DNA of 60,183 bases, filler included, from Squatina squatina (Eukaryota): the NCBI GenBank assembly GCA_031763465.1. It is 3 parts of 3 records of this genome, joined end to end, with 100 filler letters (N's around TTAATTAATTAA, not from the genome) between each part and the next. Parts side by side here need not be neighbours in the genome. Positions count along the whole stretch, not along the records: positions 1 to 24,924 come from JARFOE010000149.1; 2 more parts are not named here. One strand, written 5' to 3'. The notes under the pieces were generated by a model that was given only the letters and a program-made list of their open reading frames with translations, was not told where the DNA came from and made no database searches. Of the stretch, positions 1-12,561 are shown piece after piece. How positions within the stretch are numbered: the first letter of the stretch is position 1; every line of letters starts with the position of its first letter. The position numbers and the translations under genes are program-made.

Positions 1-499
1 CCTCGAGCATTATGGGCTCTGCGCCCGTTTTGCGCCGGCGCAAACGGGACCCAAATTTTGCGCCCGCATTTTAGCGCCAAAAATGGCTTAACGCCAGTTT
101 TGCGCCACTTTCACGCTAGAAGTTTTACCACGAATTGGCTGCCCTATGGCCTTTGCATGAGCGGGTTGCGTAGCAGGTCACCATTTTGAACTTTTTAACA
201 GCGCATTCTGCACGGCACATTTAACTCAATTACATCAGTTGAAGCATGGCATGCGGCTTTCCTGGCCCAATTAAATGGAACAGGTCGGCTGCCGTCGCTA
301 ATGACCCATTTTCAGCTTGGATATTTAAAGCAGCCCTGCATGCATCCCAGTTGAAGGTTGCTGTAGGAGCGATAAAGGAGTTTGGGAGAGGCAGAAGTGG
401 GTGGGGTGACAGCGAGTTCCCAATAGCTGCCAATTTCCAGCTTTTTAACCGCCAACCCGCCCCTAAACCTGCATGCTCTCTAATATGAAACTTCAGGCC
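1..499. mobile_element. GC-rich transposon-like fragment(s)
   Basis: Repeated TTTTGCGCC motifs; ends GAAACTTCAGGCC, similar to the right ends of the other elements. Confidence 0.4.
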
Positions 500-1314
500 T
501 GCATTACTTGTAGGCAGAATGATAAAACTATTGTTTATATCAAACCATTTCTGCCGGTTCCTCTGGTGGAAACTGTGTGGGACAATTAAGACAGTAGGCT
601 TGTTGTTATACAATTATACTGATACTTCAATGGAGTAAATAAGCTGAAGTTGTTTTTTGCTTCATAAGTGGACACAAGCAATCTTTAGCAATTTTTTCTT
701 AACACACTGGTTTTGGAGAATGGAACTCATTCACTTCCCAGAAGTTTGCTAAATTCATGTGACAGAAAGGAAACAAACACTTATCCCCATCAGTGTATTA
801 TCTTTGTATCAGCGGGGAANNNNNNNNNNCTATCTATTTCCTTTGAAGGATCATAATGGAACCTTCCATTCCTAAATTGTTGATGGATTCTTCATACAAC
901 AAGTATTCCTCCATCATGGCTGCTCCACCAAAGGCAAATCCATATTGAGTTAAACATTATTAAGCTAGCTGCCCAGTAGATGTTACAGTGGCATGTATGC
1001 TACAACAAAATGAAAGAGGAAAAGGCAAAGGTAACACAGAACAATGTAGTAATTTAAAATGACAGATTTCAAGCCTGGTCATTTAGTCTAAACTGCTTTC
1101 GGCATAACCTCATGTTGTTGTGAATTGACATCTTCAGCTGGGTCACAAACCTCCTGACTTCAATGCACTCAGCAGTTTCCAAAGTAATAATGCCAGTCAT
1201 CTGTTGATATGCACCAGAATCAATGGCCCTGAACTTGCGATCGGAGGCTTCCTGCGTGCGGTAGCCTCCAATTGCAAAAATGTCTATGAACTTAACTGAT
1301 AGTCCTGGGTCCAT

Positions 1315-1927
1315 GTGAGCTTGCGATTTTCCGCCCCCATAGCTGGGCATTCGGATCGGGGCTCTGTTCTTTCCCAAGTAAGTCCTGCGGTCGAGGCTGG
1401 AGAAGTCACATGGGAGGCCCCAATCAATCAGGTAGATCTGTCAAAACTTGAACGAGAGATGAAAAACTACACAAGCACATCCAAAAACATTTTAAAAACG
1501 ATTAGAACATTAAAATTTAATAAAGAGATTAAGAATACAATTTTTTTTTTGAAATTAAAAAAAAAAATCTTTAAAAATATTTAAAAACATACTTACCTTA
1601 ATGGTTTTAAAGTAATGTATCATTAATTTTTTTGATTTTAACATTTTTTAAAACTCTTACGCTGGTAAAACCAAACATACACACTTGGTTTTACCACGTG
1701 TAAAAAAGTTAGAGATTTCCATGGGCAAGAATTGAGAAAATCTGACAAATCTCTGCTCGGAAATCTCTTTTCCAGCCTAAGCGTTGGATGTGTCAAAACA
1801 GATCTTGACAGATCGCAGGTGCCGGATCTGCGGGCTTACGCTGAGCAGTCCCAGATTCGGCACTTGCGAGGTCCCCCCGGGTGCGTGAGAACAGCATACC
1901 CACCTGGGGGATTGCAATTTCAGGGCC
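1315..1927. mobile_element. Non-autonomous Harbinger-like element
   Basis: GC-rich arms around an AT-rich core; right end GCAATTTCAGGGCC; internal 12-bp hairpin at 1663-1696; left end ill-defined. Confidence 0.55.
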
Positions 1928-2494
1928 ACTGTTCATCAGTGCATAAATAGCACTGGCACCCTTGGTTCCTTTTATAGAAGGGGAACCAAGGGTTCCTTTC
2001 AATATATAAAAAAAACAAAATGCAAGTAGTTAGAGCCGAGAATGTTCTCTTGCATGAAAAGGATGATAGAACAACCTAGATTGTTACACTTCTCTGCTTT
2101 GGTGAAGACAATGGCAGAGAATTCCCGACTGATAGAAATGTTCATGCCAGAGAACAATAGGCATGTGGGGACCAAGAAGTAGCCCACTCGAGAAATTTGC
2201 CTGCTCTCTGCTGATCAAGCGAGGTGTGTTGTTTTACAGTAATTGAATGGCTGCTAGTGTTAATTACAATGGGTGGCAATTTATTTAAATGCTCAATTCT
2301 ATGTAAATTCTCTTGAGCATCCCTGATTATAATCGCTCACCCATTGGTGGCCGTGCCTTCAGCTGCCTGGGCCCCAAACTCTGGAATTCCCTCCCTAAAC
2401 CTCTCAGCCTCTCTACCTCTCGTTTCTCCTTCAAGACGCTCCTTAAAACCTACCTCTTCGACCAGGCTTTTGTTCACCTGCCCTAATTTACCCT

Positions 2495-2639
2495 AATGGG
2501 GTAATGTATTAACATGGATAGAGAACTGGTTGGCAGACAGGAAGCAAAGTGTAGATATAAATGGGTCCTTTTCAGAATGGCAGGCAGTGACTAGTGGGGT
2601 GCCGCAAGGCTCAGTGCTGGGACCCCAGTTATTTACAAT
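2495..2639 (+). mobile_element. CR1 reverse transcriptase fragment
   Basis: WIENWLADRKQSVDINGSFSEWQAVTSGVPQGSVLGPQLFT. A related reverse copy lies at 27499-27575. Confidence 0.85.
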
Positions 2640-2739
2640 NNNNNNNNNNNNNNNNNNNNNNNNNNNNNNNNNNNNNNNNNNNNNNNNNNNNNNNNNNNNN
2701 NNNNNNNNNNNNNNNNNNNNNNNNNNNNNNNNNNNNNNN

Positions 2740-2990
2740 ACCCTCCATTTCCTAAACCTGTGCTTTCCTCTGGGGTGTGACTGTATTCTGGATAAAAGTG
2801 TCCAGAAACTCCTCCCCCTCCCTTATGTGTCGGAGTGTCTCCAACTCGTACTCCAACTCAATGACTCTGAGCTGGACTGGTTCGAGATGGAGACACTCCG
2901 GCAGACTTTTGCACTTCGAACAGTCTCGCTGTCCACACAGTCCCACATACTGCAGTCCTGATACTGGCTGGTCAGCGAGGCCCACATCCC
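2740..2990 (-). mobile_element. CR1 LINE ORF1 remnant (zinc-finger / leucine-zipper region)
   Basis: CSMWDCVD...KVC..CLHLE.VQLRVIELEYELETLRHIREGEEFLDTFIQNTVTP across a frameshift. Confidence 0.6.
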
Positions 2991-5021
2991 AGGAACAAAC
3001 TTTTTAAAAAATGCAGTAGCCAGTTTGAACACAAAGGTACCATGAACAGCAAAAGGAAGACGACCAGTTAACCTCGTTTGATGGTATTGGTCAAGGGATC
3101 AATGTTGGCCAGGATATTGAAAAAAGATTCCTTCTTTTCTTGAACAAAGTGACACTGGATATTTTACATCCACTGAACAGGCAGACAACGCCTCAGGTTA
3201 AAGTCTCATCCAAACGGCAGCATCTTCAACAATGCAGCACTCGCAATACTGCACTGAAGTATTTCCTAGATTATGTGCTTCATTCTGATTCAGAAGCAGA
3301 AGTGTTACCAACTGAACCAAGCTTACACTTGGCACAATAGAATTATAAAAATCCAAGCCAAGCAAAAGGATTAGCTGCATCAATNNNNNNNNNNNNNNNN
3401 NNNNNNNNNNNNNNNNNNNNNNNNNNNNNNNNNNNNNNNNNNNNNNNNNNNNNNNNNNNNNNNNNNNNNNNNNNNNNNNNNNNNGAGGAGAAATGTCATT
3501 TTCTTGTAATCTCAGGCTGATCTGGGACAGACCAATTGGTCTCAGCATTGCATTCAGTTCAACCATCCTGTGTGAGTGCCAACTGGGGATCTTATTTAAG
3601 GATCTGTTGATTGGAGGGACACAGGGTCCAAAATTCTGATTTTTTTTTGACGGAAAAGTGGCATAGTACTGAAGTCAACGGACAAGAAAATCAGGCATGA
3701 TGTAAAATGGGCACTATGAGCCATTTTTCATAGAATTATAGAATGGCTACAGCACAGAAGGAGGCCATTTGGCCCATCGAGCCCATGCCGGCGCTCTGCA
3801 AGAGCACTTCAGCTCGTCCCACTCCCCCGCCCTTTCCCCGTAGCCCTGCAAATTTTTCTCCTCAGGTACTTATCCAATCCCTTTTTGAAAGCCACAATTG
3901 AATCTGTCTCCACCCCCCTTTCAGGCAGTAAACTCCTAACCACTCACTGTGGAAAAAAGTTTTTCTTCATGTTGCCTTTGGTTCTTCTGCCAATCACCTT
4001 AAATCTGTGTCCTCTGGTTCTCGNNNNNNNNNNNNNNNNNNNNNNNNNNNNNNNNNNNNNNNNNNNNNNNNNNNNNNNNNNNNNNNNNNNNNNNNNNNNN
4101 NNNNNNNNNNNNNNNNNNNNNNNGAGCTTAGGGCCCAGGCAGCTGAAGTCACAGCCTGCAAAGGTGGAGCGATTATAATCAGGGATGCTCAAGAGGCCAG
4201 AATTGGAGGAGCGCAGAGATCGCAGAGGGTTGTGGGACTGGAGGAGGTTACAGAGATAGAGAGGTGCGGGGCCAGGGAGGGATTTGAAAACAAGGATGAG
4301 AATTTTAAAATCGACACGTTGCTTAACAAGGAACCAATGTAGGGCAGTGAGCACAGGGGTGACGGTGAACGGGAATTGGTACGAGTTAGGATACAGGGCA
4401 GCAGTGTTGCCTCTTCCCTGGTAGCATTCTGGTAAATCTCCTCTGCACCCTCTCCAAGGCCAAGATAACACCGAATCTCGGCAGAACAACACTCGTAGTT
4501 AAACTTTTTCCAATCCCTCTGTCAGTAAAAACACAGAAGCAAATTTGATCATACGCCAGCATTTAAGTGAAGCAACCTCATGCGTTCCATCTCTCATATT
4601 GCTAAGATTAGCATGTTTAAACAATGTCTCTTTGTGTCAAACATTTGTGTTTTATAGTTTCTGAATGCAGTTCTGTGTTTCACTAATTGTCAGGTTCAGG
4701 CAGACGCAAAAAGCAAAATCCATCAGATGCTGGAAATCTGAAGCAAGAACAGAATCGCTCAGCAGGTCAGGTAGCTCTTGTGGCTGGGGCAGCTCGATGA
4801 CCTTTCATCCGAATCGTTTCTGAGAAAGTGTCTATTACCTAAAACATTAATCCCTCCTTCCCCTCTCCATGGGTATAAACGTGGATCTGATTCAGTGAAG
4901 GCCCCTTTCACTCACTCCAAATTCCTCCGAATTAATCTCCAAATACACTGTTCCACAAACTCCGCCGGCTTGCATCCTCCAAAAACTGGGTTAAAGGCTT
5001 TCCTGACCCGGGAGCTCTTGA

Positions 5022-5535
5022 CGGGACAGTGTAGCAGGCGCTTAACTCTGTATCTAACCCTGTGCTGTACCTGCCCTGAGAGTGTTTTATGGGACAGTGT
5101 TGAGGGAGCTTTAATCTGTATCTAACCCATGCTGTGCCTGACCTGGGAGTGTTTGATGGGACAGTATAGAGGGAGCTTTACTCCATATCTAACCCATGCT
5201 GTACCTGCCCTGCAAGTGTTTGATGGAACTGTGCAGAGGGAGCTTTACTGTACATCTAACCGGTGCTTAGTTGCCCTGGGAGCGTTTGATGGGACAATGT
5301 AGAGGGAGCCTTACTCTGTATCCAACTTGTGCTGTAGGTGCCCTGGGACTGTTTGCTGGGACAGTATAGCACGAGCTTAATTCTGTATCTAACCTGTGAT
5401 GAATCAGTCCTGGGAGTGTTTGATGGGACAGTATAGTGGGAGCTTAACTCTGTATCTAACCCGTGCTGTACCTGTCTTGGGAGTGTTTGATTGGACAGTG
5501 TAGAGAGAGTTTTACTCTGTATCTAACCAGTGCTG
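5022..5535. repeat. Tandem array of a ~67-bp unit, about 7.5 copies, running into a gap
   Basis: Unit approximately TCTGTATCTAACCCGTGCTGTACCTGCCCTGGGAGTGTTTGATGGGACAGTGTAGAGGGAGCTTTAC; unit starts at 5047, 5115, 5182 and onward. Confidence 0.92.
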
Positions 5536-5635
5536 NNNNNNNNNNNNNNNNNNNNNNNNNNNNNNNNNNNNNNNNNNNNNNNNNNNNNNNNNNNNNNNNN
5601 NNNNNNNNNNNNNNNNNNNNNNNNNNNNNNNNNNN

Positions 5636-5960
5636 GTTGGAGGGGAGCCTGAGGGAGGAGTGAAGTCCCACAGTTTGGAGTAGAGACTGAGGGAGGGAGG
5701 AATCCCACAGTTTTGAAGTCCTGGGAAAGAAAATGTTGGAGATGGGATGACGGATCTTGATTGCAATACAGTGAAGAAGCAGGGCGGAGGAAGGGTGTGT
5801 AGGACAGGGCACTAACAATTAAGGGGAATGCGAAGGGTTAGGTGTGGACAAGCACAGTGGTCGCGATGAAGTACGGACAAGAAAGGTTGTAATGGAGAGA
5901 AAGATTAGGCTTGAGATGACGGAAGGATCATGTATTAGACACAAAGCTTTTACTTGCATC
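5636..5960 (-). mobile_element. Decayed LINE reverse-transcriptase C-terminus
   Basis: FFPRTSKLWDS resembles the SFFPRT..LWN.LP terminus of CR1/L2-group ORF2. Confidence 0.45.
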
Positions 5961-6400
5961 CTGCCCACAACTGATGTTCTAAAAGAGTCTCCGCAAATAC
6001 AAGGGCTGACTTACCTGGTTCCTTTGTGCTGCAATGTTGGACATGGGCAGCGCACCACCTGGCAGGCTGTAACATTGGCAGAACTACATAGAATGTACAG
6101 CACAGAAACAAAAATTCAGCCCCATCAGTCCATGCCAGCATTTATACTCCACTTGCGCCTCCTCCCACGTTTAACGCTATCAGCATAACCTATTGCCCTC
6201 TCCCTCATCTGCTTATTTAGTCTTACCTAAAATGTTTCTGTACTATACACCTCAATCACTCCCTGTGGCAGCGAGTGCCACATTCTCACCACTCTCTGGC
6301 TAAAGAAGTTTCTTCTGAATTCCCGATTTGATTACTTGGTGACTATCTTATATTGATGGACTCTAGTTTTGTTTTCTCCACAATTGGGAACACGCTCTCT

Positions 6401-7159
6401 GGGCTAGAAATTGCTTATCGCCCCATTTGGGGACGATAACTTTTGTGGAAGCGCAAGAGTATTGCCGGGCGCTATGCAAGTGAAGCCGAGGCAAACTTCC
6501 GGTTTAGCGCTCCAGGAAGGAAGTGGAATGCTAAATCAAGTGCTACCATTGCATTGGAGCACTGAAGCCAGCAAGAGGAACGGTAGCAGTGCAGCGCTGC
6601 CCAATGTCCAGTGCAACACTGCCGGGATCTGAGACTCCTTCCCTCCCTTAAAGTGAAGGACCATCGCTGCAGCTTCTGCATTACATGGATGTCCCTCATC
6701 GCCAATGGCAGCCGTGATCCGCGGCGATCAGCCCCAAGCACTCAAACAGAGCGCAGGGCTGATCAATGGCAGCTGAAGAAAAGGTAAAAAAAAAATCAAC
6801 TAACTGCTGAAAACACATTTTTTACTTACCCAAACTGCATCACCTTTAAATGCTGCTCCCCAAGCTGCCGGCCTTCCTTACAACACCTCTGGCAGCTGCC
6901 GGTGTTGACGCCATGAGGTTGCAGGGGGCGGAACCAAAGTTTGCATCCGGGGCGCTACCAGTGCGCTGCGCACCGGATGATCTTACGATCTCCGGGGCAC
7001 AGGAGATCGTGGCGCTAGGGTTTACTGCCATCGCAAACCTCCAGGTGAACTTAGCGGGAGTTGTTTCTTTCATCGCGCCCGGTTGGTAAGTTGTTAGCGT
7101 CCCATTATCGCCCCCCAGAGGCGCTAACATGAGACACAAAGGAGAGGAATTTCCAGGCC
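6401..7159. mobile_element. Non-autonomous Harbinger-like element
   Basis: Degenerate inverted ends GGGCTAGAAATTG / GAATTTCCAGGCC; GC-rich arms with TTATCGCCCC motifs around an AT-rich centre. Confidence 0.6.
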
Positions 7160-7440
7160 TTCATATATCTCGTTATGATGATCATAAATTATGATACTAG
7201 GTTACCATGTTGAGTAATAGCTTTCAATGTCCGCAACCTTCTGTCTAATCTATTAGTTGATGACGTTGCCATTCCTCATGCTCCATTTACAAAGTAAACC
7301 TGTTCTGATCTTCCTGACTACCTTCACTCCTCAATCGATCAGCCAGCTACCCACAGTCAGTGCATCTCCTGGTCCTTTACATTAACTGGTCATCCAGCAT
7401 CCTGCATCAAATTTATTCAGTGTACAAACCTATTGTGACA

Positions 7441-8127
7441 TCTGAAATCAGTGTGATGTGCAGTGTGAGGGTAAGGCTTGCCCTGTGATGTCATGGTTTT
7501 ACCCATCCAGTTAAAGGGGCCTCACTTTGGTGAAACAGTATTTGCCAAATTCTTGGGTTTCATTTAAGTTACAAAGAGTTGATGCAGTAGAATGCAATAA
7601 CAGAATTCCATGCGGTTATGACCCAGAGCACGGGGTGCTTGGATGCTGGGCCATGATGGGATTGTTTGTCTTCTCCATGCCTCCTTCTTTTGATGGAGAA
7701 TGAGTCCAATGCTCCAATGTCCTTCTGAAACAATGCTTATGTCTGTTGGGTTCGGAGACCTGTAGAGTTGGGCTTTCCAGATCATCAGTGGTGCCAGCTA
7801 CAATAGATCAGGTGCCACTGATGCTGGGTAGGTATCAGTGTGGCTTTTTAAGAGGTCCTTGCCTGAGAGAAAGGTCACTGGAGATGAAACAGTTCCGTTA
7901 AGCCCTATTACGTACCTGCAGGTAGCAGGAGGTAAATGTCTGCTTGGGACTTTAGAGTGGAGTTTACCAACATATTCTGGTGTCTGAATTCAATGTGATG
8001 CATAGTGTGTGGGTAAGGCTTGCCCTGTGATGTGGTTTGACCTGTCTACTTAAAGGAGCCTCACCTTGACAAAACAGTATTTGGCACATCATTGAGCTTC
8101 ATTTCAGTTACAAAGAATTGATGCACT
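7441..8127. repeat. Pair of ~145-bp diverged direct repeats (7441-7588, 7983-8127)
   Basis: Both contain GGGTAAGGCTTGCCCTGTGATGT...AAACAGTATTTG...AGTTACAAAGA.TTGATGCA. Confidence 0.85.
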
Positions 8128-9054
8128 NNNNNNNNNNNNNNNNNNNNNNNNNNNNNNNNNNNNNNNNNNNNNNNNNNNNNNNNNNNNNNNNNNNNNNNNN
8201 NNNNNNNNNNNNNNNNNNNNNNNNNNNACTCTCACAGCTGGCAGGAACTGTATTTCAGACATAAATGCCTGATTTGCACTTGTAATAAATTGAAATATTT
8301 AAATAAATTAATTCTCTATTCCAATTGGGCCCTCGCCAATTGGAATGCAGAACTCTTTTACTTCTTTAACCAATGCAAAGTCTCTTCTTGTGTTCTTAAA
8401 CCTCCGAATAGTTTACTAATTTTATTAGCATTATGTTTTTGTTTTCAAATAACTACAAACCCTTTAAAACAAAAATGCATAAAATAGTCTGGCATTAAAA
8501 GAGATAAATCCTAATGATGATCCAGGTTTGCACTGCTGCTGTAGAAGAAGGCCAGCTTATTATTAGAGTACAGGATTCATTATGGTTAGTCAGAAAGACT
8601 CTTATTGACTGTAAGTTTTGTTTAAAAAAACCTCGATAAGCACAGCTTGGTTGAATCTCGTACAGCACATCGTTCAGATACTTTACATATAGAGGATGGA
8701 GCCGATTTAAACTTTTAGTACAGAGTGGATGGTCAGCACAATTGGCCAGCGCAATTGCTGTCCGCCCGTCCGTTGTTGCCACCATGAGGTTTGAGCCATT
8801 TTAAGGCCGGGCCCTGATGTGCAACAATCACACACCAAACCGGCACTCTGGGGAACACAGGTCATCGACCAGTTCCTACACGGAGATGGCCGGACGGCCT
8901 TTGGAAGGGGAAGGCAATCCGGGGAAGGAGCGCACACAGGTCGGAGTATTTTTGTAGCACGCACTCTGCTCATTTGTACGGTAAAATTACAATTGGGGTG
9001 CTATGTAGGTCAAGGGAGCCCGATTTGCGTATTAAAAGTGGCGTGCCATCCATA

Positions 9055-9372
9055 TTTGGTTACAGTAGCACAGTGGTTATGTTACTGGACAAGTAATCAA
9101 GAGGTCTGGACTATGGTCCAGAGTTATGAGTTCAAACCCCACCACGGCAGCTGAGGAATTTAAATTCAGTGAATTCAATAAAAAATCTGGAATAAAAAGC
9201 TCATGACCATGAAACTATTGGACCTGTCGTCTAAACCCATCTGGTTCACTAATGTCCCGGTCTAGCCTATATGTGGCTCCAGACCCACAGCAATGTGGTT
9301 GACTCTTAACTGCCCTCTGAAATAGCCCAGCGAGCCACTCAGTTGTAGAAAACCGCTATCTCCACCACAGGC
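9055..9372 (+). mobile_element. tRNA-headed SINE or 5' part of a non-LTR element
   Basis: TAGCACAGTGG A-box-like, GAGTTCAAACCC B box; downstream part is the reverse complement of 19560-19680. Confidence 0.6.
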
Positions 9373-10253
9373 NNNNNNNNNNNNNNNNNNNNNNNNNNNN
9401 NNNNNNNNNNNNNNNNNNNNNNNNNNNNNNNNNNNNNNNNNNNNNNNNNNNNNNNNNNNNNNNNNNNNNNNNGATAATTCAATCATGAGCTCCTACTTCT
9501 CCCTAACTCCTACACCACCAACTGTTGATCCTTTATGGAACAATTATTTTTCCACCTATTTTAGTCTATGCTGTTGGCCGTGCACTTCTGTTTTGGTTTT
9601 ATGTCTGCCACCATGTATAATGGTGACCCTCAAGATACGTACAGACAGAATTCTCTGCTGGAGTCTTCCGATTTGCGTAAATAAATACTTGAAAATATTA
9701 TTTGACTTCTATTTTTAAGCTTAAATTATTAACCAAGGAGACACAACCTTAAAATTCGAGCCAGGCTGCTCAGAGGTGATGTCAGGAAGCACATCTTCAC
9801 ACAAAGGGTAGTGGAAACCTGGAACTCTCTCCCCAAAATATGTTGAGGCTAGATCGATTGAAAGTGCCAAAACTGAGACTGATATGTTTTTGTTCGGCAT
9901 GGGCATTAGGGGTTGCAGAACCACAGCAGGTAGATACAGATAAGATACAGATAAGCCATGGTGGAACAGGCTTGAGGGGCCTACTCCTATTCCTGTGTTC
10001 CTAATCCAGAAAACTGTCCCCATGATGAAGCCTAAGATCAAAGGCCACTAGTCAGACAATGCTTGGTGATCGAAATTCCGCCACCAGAAATAAATTATCT
10101 GCCATTTCTCTATCTCTATCTCTATCTCTCTCTCTCCTCTGCCTCCCCCTGCCCTATTCAGGAGATGATCTATAGAATGAACGTTAAAGGAAGATAGGAA
10201 GAGAAAGGACATTTTGAAACTAAAAATACTTCCTATTTCAATACAGCACTCAC

Positions 10254-10395
10254 CACACCAATGGGCAGAACCTGAAGCCACACATTGCACAACCTCCAGC
10301 ATGTTCGCACAGTAGTGTCACACAGGATTCACCGGGGACCTGGCGCCAGTCCAACTTGTTAGCATCTGTCTTGTTAGAAGAAGCTTTTGTTTCAC
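10254..10395 (-). CDS. Candidate exon of an unidentified gene, Cys-rich
   Basis: tttgtag|GT...TG|gtgagt; only one frame open: ETKASSNKTDANKLDWRQVPGESCVTLLCEHAGGCAMCGFRFCPLV. Confidence 0.35.
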
Positions 10396-11713
10396 CTACA
10401 AATGTGTTACATTTGAATCTGCAACACATCATTTAAAAAAAAAAATTATGATGGACTTACAAGTAAAACAAATAATGGAGCAATTTNNNNNNNNNNNNNN
10501 NNNNNNNNNNNNNNNNNNNNNNNNNNNNNNNNNNNNNNNNNNNNNNNNNNNNNNNNNNNNNNNNNNNNNNNNNNNNNNNNNNNNNNAAGCCCCCAAAGTG
10601 CTTCAGAGGAGCGTTATCAAATGGAATTTGACATTGAGCCACACAAGGAGAAATCAGGGTAGATGGTCAAAGAGGTAGGTTTTAAGGACCGTCTTAAAGG
10701 GGGAAGAGAGGTGTACAGAAGTTTGGGAAGGGAATTCCAGAGCTTAGGACCTTGGCAGCTGAAGGCACGCTGCCAATGGTAGAGCGATTAACATCAGGGG
10801 ATGCTCTAGAGGCCAGAATTTGAGGAGCGCAGATATCTCGGGATGTTGTGAGGCTGGAGGAGATGAGAGAGATGGGGAGGGATGAGGCCACGGAGGGATT
10901 TGAAAACCAGGATGAGAATTTTAAAAATCGAGGCGTGAGCACACGGGTGATGGGTGAACAGGATTCGGTGAGAGGTAGGACACAGACGGCAGGCTGTTAT
11001 GGTGCTGCAGGAAAGGTGGATCGGGTTAATGTCATGTTACTCCACTGCACTCTAGTTCAACACAGCAATTCACACTGCAATATTGTGTGCAAATATTGAC
11101 ACTCCTTGTTCAAATAGCAGCCTGTCAGTAATACAGCTTATTTCCTTAAAGTGTATCCAAGTCCTATATAGGTTCATGGTAGAGAATTTAAGTTACCAAA
11201 CTATTTTACATTTTTATAAAAGCCACATCCTTTCTATAGACAAACTAATGCATAAAACGCTAAATCATTTTGACAGTACACCATCCAATTTTTAACTTGC
11301 AATGTGAGCAATAGGATGTGGATGTGAAAAGAATGGGAAAGAGGGGTGAAAATGTTATGCGGGACATGGATCAATGCAACAGAGCAGTCAACTAGTAGTT
11401 TGTTGTGAAACTCTGAACTACAAGGGAACAGTACAGTACCGATGGCCTTGGCTAAAGTTACAAAAAGCATCCTCTGCAAGTTGTGACCATGCTGCATTAT
11501 CCCTCCTTATCCTCTTCGCAGCGGTCAACAATGTCATCCTCCTCCAAAGCCTCTCCTGTGTTGTCGACATCCATAAAACTGCCGATATAAATTCCTACCT
11601 ATCTGAAAGTATCCAGTGCATCTCCAGAAATGGCTACTCCTCTTGCCCAGTTACTTCTGGAGTCTCCCAAGGATTTATCCTCGACTTCATCCTCATTACA
11701 TTATGCCAATCAG

Positions 11714-11850
11714 CAATTTCCCCCCCATTTTTCTTGGGAAGTAGGGGAGAGAAAGGTGCACAGCCCCTTTCAGCCATTCGCTGTGCAAAACTTAACATTG
11801 CGGGACCGGGAGAGAGAGCTGTACGGCCGTTTAGCTTAGAGAGAACATTG
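11714..11850. mobile_element. hAT-type MITE inserted in an L2 remnant
   Basis: Ends CAATTTCCCC...TTAGAGAGAACATTG; 8-bp flanks CCAATCAG / CCCATCAG (7 of 8 match), consistent with a target site duplication. Confidence 0.65.
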
Positions 11851-11934
11851 CCCATCAGTAACATCATCCACTAGTCAGGAAGGAGTTCGCTTTTACATCT
11901 ACGCCGACAACACCCAGCTCTATCTCCATTTTGG

Positions 11935-12200
11935 CCATTTAAGACTGAGATGAGGTGAAATTTCTTCACTCGTCGGTGGTGAATCTTTGGAATTCTCTTC
12001 CCCAGAGGGCTGTGGAGGCTCAGCCATTGAATAAAGTCAAGACAGAGATCGATAGATTTTTGGATATTAAAGGAATCAAGGGATCTGAGGATAGTGTAGG
12101 AAAGTGGAGTTCAGGTAGCAGATCAGCCATGATCTCACTGAATGGCAGAGCAGGCTTGAGGGGCCGAATGGCCTACTTCTGCTCCGATTTCTTATGTTCT
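11935..12200 (+). mobile_element. CR1 LINE 3' end
   Basis: VVNLWNSLPQRAVEAQ...KTEIDRFL and 3' UTR ending TTCTTATGTTC. Related copies at about 9730-10000, 16615-16930 (-), 26120-26545 (-) and 35768-36075. Confidence 0.8.
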
Positions 12201-12415
12201 CTGCCTCACGGCCCCGCACCCTCACTGCCTTTGAGTTGTCTGACTGCATGTCCGTCTCAGATGAATTACAATTTCCTCTAGCTCAACACCGAGAAACTAA
12301 CGGCATCATCTTCGGNNNNNNNNNNNNNNNNNNNNNNNNNNNNNNNNNNNNNNNNNNNNNNNNNNNNNNNNNNNNNNNNNNNNNNNNNNNNNNNNNNNNN
12401 NNNNNNNNNNNNNNN

Positions 12416-12489
12416 CCCATAGACTGGCCACCACCCATAGATTGGCCATCACCCATAGATTGGCCATCACCCATAGATTCATCCACACC
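12416..12489. repeat. 18-bp minisatellite CCCATAGATTGGCCATCA, about 4 copies at a gap edge
   Basis: Directly visible; produces the PIDWPS repeats in spurious ORFs. Confidence 0.85.
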
Positions 12490-12561
12490 AGTAATCTGCA
12501 GAAGAATATCTGACTTTACTGAATTGCTCCTGCTAATGAAACTAATGGGTGTGTGTTCCAG

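Noticed and set aside
1069-1377. 102-aa ORF as a transposase or gene fragment
   Set aside because: It straddles a repeat boundary and has no motif I can support.
3516-3571. 56-bp candidate plus-strand exon (ctcag|...|gtgagt)
   Set aside because: Two frames are open and neither peptide is recognisable; too short to support.
5022-5535. Possible CRISPR array
   Set aside because: The whole unit repeats with no unique spacers, there are no cas genes, and the context is a vertebrate genome.
8495-9154. Several 90-110-aa ORFs
   Set aside because: They overlap GC-rich transposon debris and a SINE head; no splice or homology support.
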